A stretch of DNA of 64,000 bases from the IMG/VR virus record IMGVR_UViG_3300028888_000049; one strand, written 5' to 3'. The position numbers were made by a program, and so were the translations under genes. A model generated the notes under the pieces. That model did no database searches and had not been told where the DNA came from. It saw only the letters and a list, made by a program, of their open reading frames with translations. The stretch comes from a virus (taxonomy: Duplodnaviria; Caudoviricetes). Below, piece by piece: positions 60,816 through 64,000 of this stretch (the first letter of the stretch is position 1; every line of letters starts with the position of its first letter).

Positions 60816-62981
60816 TTACTCTAAAACATTACTACTTATTTGTCGTCTTGGATCATTAGTAAATGTATAATCAGACGATTCATATAAAGGAGCTCTTACA
60901 AAATCCATCTTCATACCGCCATTACTTCCGGTACTACCTGAACCACCTTGTCCATTACCACCAAAAGAATACACTTCAATGATTTCATGTATATATAGAA
61001 CTGTGCTGGCAATATTATAAAAAGTATTTTTAAACTCTTCCATAAATGTATCATAGTCTACATCTGGTGGTACTTCAACTGCTACATTACAGTGATTTGT
61101 CGGATACCAGTTAGTAGGACGATCCCATTCAAACCATTCAATCCACTGACCTTTAATTTCATCTGTAACTAATCCATAATCATAATAATCTGTTATTTGA
61201 CTTTCTGTTATAGATCCATAATCTTCTGTAGGCTTATTTGGTCCAGGTTGTGGAACTGCAATATAACCATTATATTGAATATTCAAATTGTTTTCTATAT
61301 TTATTTTTCTTCTAATACCTGCAATTGTAACATAAGGTATTGTAGGATCTGCTGACAACTCTTCATCCGTTACTATTTCTTCAGTCAATACAGAAGTTGT
61401 TCTATAGTCTTTATTATTATCATCTTTTACAAAACACGGTTGAATATAAAAGCCATCTTCATTATGATTTTGACTTGATACTTGACTATAATCATAATGT
61501 TCTTGAATTTCTAATAAACCTTCATAAACTGGTGTATTTGTTAAAATATCATCATTATTAGCTAAAGCACCTACTTGACCATAATCATCTACAGGAAATA
61601 CATATTCCTTTTTATATTCCGCACCTAAATCTTCAGCAGTTCTGAATGTAACATATCTTTGAATAATATCATTAGCATCATTAATATCTTCAATAGGTGT
61701 AAATAATTGTTCAAGTTTTACGATATGAGAATTATTAGCTAATAAATTATATTGGTTATATGAAGCTTTTGTACCTACTTTTTTATAAAAGCTTGTTAAT
61801 TCTTCTAATACTTCATGTCTTTTTTCTAAAGAATAATCATTAATTTTAAATTTAAGACCCATAAACTCTAAAGCTTTATTAATTTCAGTAGAGCTTACGT
61901 TATATAAACTTCTAATATTATTTAATCTTTGTATTTCATCATACGCTTCATCTAATACTACAGTTTGAAATCCTTGTAATAATTCAGGAAGCAATGTATT
62001 ATTCAAATCAAATTGTGATAAATATCTGAGTATAGACCTTGCACTCGGTACTTGACAATACCATTCTGAAGATGCATATAATGTTGTAGAAAATGGATAA
62101 ATGGTCATACATTTAAGATCATATGTTTCAAAATCATCATCTACAACCATTAAACAACCATCTTTATCGACTTCTCTAATAAAAAATCCTTTTCGTAAAT
62201 CATCAATAGCTAATCTAGCGATCGTTTGAAATGTACATATTGTATCATATAATATCGGTAACTTATTTCCAAAATCATCTAATGGACCATATGTAAAATA
62301 ACCTGGAGTTTCTTCAAATTCGTAATTTGTGATATTATTCGGTAATCTATAATATTGAATTACTGTTGAACTATGATCTATTGCAAGATTTATACGAACT
62401 TTATCATCTTCTTTTGTAAGATATTTACGATCTAATAACTTATTATTCATAAAGAATAAATATTTTGTATAATCATAATCAGCTAATGTAAATGTATTAT
62501 TGTAGTAATCATAATTTAAGTCAGCAGTTGTTACTAAACCTTTATATTCTAATTCTGGTGATGTTATAATTATTACATCACTAATTGATTTTTCTGAATA
62601 AATAGATTTTATCAAAATAGAATTATCATTAACAACAGTATATGAAGATGGATCAACATGATAACCATTTATAAACAATAGTATACCAGAAGTTTGCAAT
62701 CCTGATAACGTTTGGTTATGTGTATCCATTCCAGTTATAATAGTATTTGCATTTTTAAGACTTATTTTGTATTCATAGTAATTAAATACATTATTTGCAA
62801 TATATAATACTAATGATTCTTCAATGTCATTTGAAACAGTAACAGTATTTGCATTTAATACATATTGATTTCGCATCATTGCTTTGTTATTATTAAATGC
62901 AAGAGTAGTAACATTTACGTTAGTTACTGTCATTTGCTGATTTGTAAAAATTTTATTTAAGTCAGTTACTGTTTGTACCAT
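60816..62981 (-). CDS. Baseplate wedge-like protein
   Basis: Position; FYKKVGT..SY motif typical of baseplate wedge / tail protein I. Confidence 0.55.
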   Translation of the reverse strand: MVQTVTDLNKIFTNQQMTVTNVNVTTLAFNNNKAMMRNQYVLNANTVTVSNDIEESLVLYIANNVFNYYEYKISLKNANTIITGMDTHNQTLSGLQTSGILLFINGYHVDPSSYTVVNDNSILIKSIYSEKSISDVIIITSPELEYKGLVTTADLNYDYYNNTFTLADYDYTKYLFFMNNKLLDRKYLTKEDDKVRINLAIDHSSTVIQYYRLPNNITNYEFEETPGYFTYGPLDDFGNKLPILYDTICTFQTIARLAIDDLRKGFFIREVDKDGCLMVVDDDFETYDLKCMTIYPFSTTLYASSEWYCQVPSARSILRYLSQFDLNNTLLPELLQGFQTVVLDEAYDEIQRLNNIRSLYNVSSTEINKALEFMGLKFKINDYSLEKRHEVLEELTSFYKKVGTKASYNQYNLLANNSHIVKLEQLFTPIEDINDANDIIQRYVTFRTAEDLGAEYKKEYVFPVDDYGQVGALANNDDILTNTPVYEGLLEIQEHYDYSQVSSQNHNEDGFYIQPCFVKDDNNKDYRTTSVLTEEIVTDEELSADPTIPYVTIAGIRRKINIENNLNIQYNGYIAVPQPGPNKPTEDYGSITESQITDYYDYGLVTDEIKGQWIEWFEWDRPTNWYPTNHCNVAVEVPPDVDYDTFMEEFKNTFYNIASTVLYIHEIIEVYSFGGNGQGGSGSTGSNGGMKMDFVRAPLYESSDYTFTNDPRRQISSNVLE

Positions 62982-62983
62982 TT

Positions 62984-64000
62984 TTAATACTCTGCTACTG
63001 TTTCAATAACATCAATGTATGAAGAAATTAGTAATCCATTCATTGGAATGTCAACATTATCATTTGGAACAATTACCTTACACCAATTAACATTTGGAGT
63101 AGACATAACAGCTGTATAAATATCAGAAAGCTTGAGTCCTTTACCAATATAATCAGAAGTTACTTCAAATAACTTTGCAACATTGTTTTTAATATTCTGA
63201 ATAATAATACCTGATGTCATAGCAGCTGTCGTATTTAATTCAGCTTTGATTGTAATACCAACTTGAATAATCTCAGGTTGTTTATATTCTAAGAATGTTG
63301 TAAAGTGATTAAATTGTTCGATAATTGGTTGATCAGCTCTATTAATATTTTGTGTATCAATTCTGTTACCAACAAAAGATGCACTCATTTGTAAATTATA
63401 ATTTGGAGTAATAATTATACTTGCACCATTACCAAGTCTCCATTCACCATTTGATAAATAACCAGACATAGGTGTATTTTTAAGACGTAATTTAAGACCA
63501 GCGCCAAGTAATAATCCACCACCGTTTGGACTTGAAACTAATTCTGTCTCATATACTGTATTACCACCAAGTGCAAGACCTAAAGTTTTATTATAATCTG
63601 ATAAAATAACAACAGATGTGACATTACCAAGATTATCTGAAGAAACACCTGTTACTCTAAATCTAATACCAGTATATTCAGTCTCACCATTTTGTTTTAA
63701 AACTACTTCTACAATATCATTTTGTTTATATTTTGTACCTTGAACTTCACCAATAGTAGTATCAATTCGTCCAGTTGTAGAAGAACCAGTTTCATAATGA
63801 TCTATTCTATAAACGATAGTACTATCTAACGATACAGGTGCTGTAGTTCTGATCATTTCTGTACCAGTTAAAGCGGTATTATCTTCACCAATTCTTACAT
63901 TAAATATACCATTATCGACGTTTACTAAATCAACATAAAATGGAATTTTTGTATTTTCATTTTCGAATACATAAGCTAAAATATTACCATCTCTATATCC
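62984..64000 (-). CDS. Baseplate wedge (gp6/J-like) protein, C-terminal part; likely 5' truncated by window edge
   Basis: IKNNVAKLF...IGKGLKLSDIYTAVMSTPNV..C C-terminal pattern; frame appears open upstream of 63856. Confidence 0.6.
   Translation of the reverse strand, partial: GYRDGNILAYVFENENTKIPFYVDLVNVDNGIFNVRIGEDNTALTGTEMIRTTAPVSLDSTIVYRIDHYETGSSTTGRIDTTIGEVQGTKYKQNDIVEVVLKQNGETEYTGIRFRVTGVSSDNLGNVTSVVILSDYNKTLGLALGGNTVYETELVSSPNGGGLLLGAGLKLRLKNTPMSGYLSNGEWRLGNGASIIITPNYNLQMSASFVGNRIDTQNINRADQPIIEQFNHFTTFLEYKQPEIIQVGITIKAELNTTAAMTSGIIIQNIKNNVAKLFEVTSDYIGKGLKLSDIYTAVMSTPNVNWCKVIVPNDNVDIPMNGLLISSYIDVIETVAEY

Noticed and set aside
1-64000. CRISPR array
   Set aside because: No regularly spaced direct repeats with unique spacers seen; the 31-33 kb repeats separate whole genes
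1-64000. Genome-wide stop-codon reassignment
   Set aside because: Long conserved genes are intact in code 11, several end at TAG or TGA, and none of the seven tRNAs is a suppressor

Overview
A 64 kb, very AT-rich segment of a large tailed dsDNA phage, probably a myovirus with T4-like head assembly. The host is most plausibly an alphaproteobacterium, judged mainly from a GapR/DUF2312 gene. The left half (1-34.05 kb, almost all minus strand) is an early/replication block. It holds many small hypothetical genes and a tRNA/ncRNA island (7 tRNAs plus several structured ORF-free units). It also encodes ThyA, a PNKP-phosphatase-RNA ligase fusion, dNMP kinase, dUTPase, an amino-DNA methyltransferase, a family-B-type DNA polymerase with a C-terminal primase-like domain, GapR, RecA, ClpP, SHMT and a QueC-like enzyme. 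The right half is a morphogenesis block: intein-containing large terminase, tail tube, a PG hydrolase, two GT2 glycosyltransferases, prohead protease/core, scaffold, muramidase endolysin, double AAA+ ATPase, tail fibre and baseplate genes. At least six free-standing homing-endonuclease-like genes are interspersed. The most unusual observations are: (1) local strand-skew switches centred on conserved motifs next to mobile elements; (2) a ~315 nt ornate ncRNA co-transcribed with tRNAs; (3) tRNAs with compensatory swaps in near-invariant elbow pairs; (4) a UDG-like/PolB/primase fusion; (5) a small-gene array with repeated 15-nt junctions; (6) an endonuclease split at a U-UUU-UUA slippery site. 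All calls come from motif reading only; no database searches were run.
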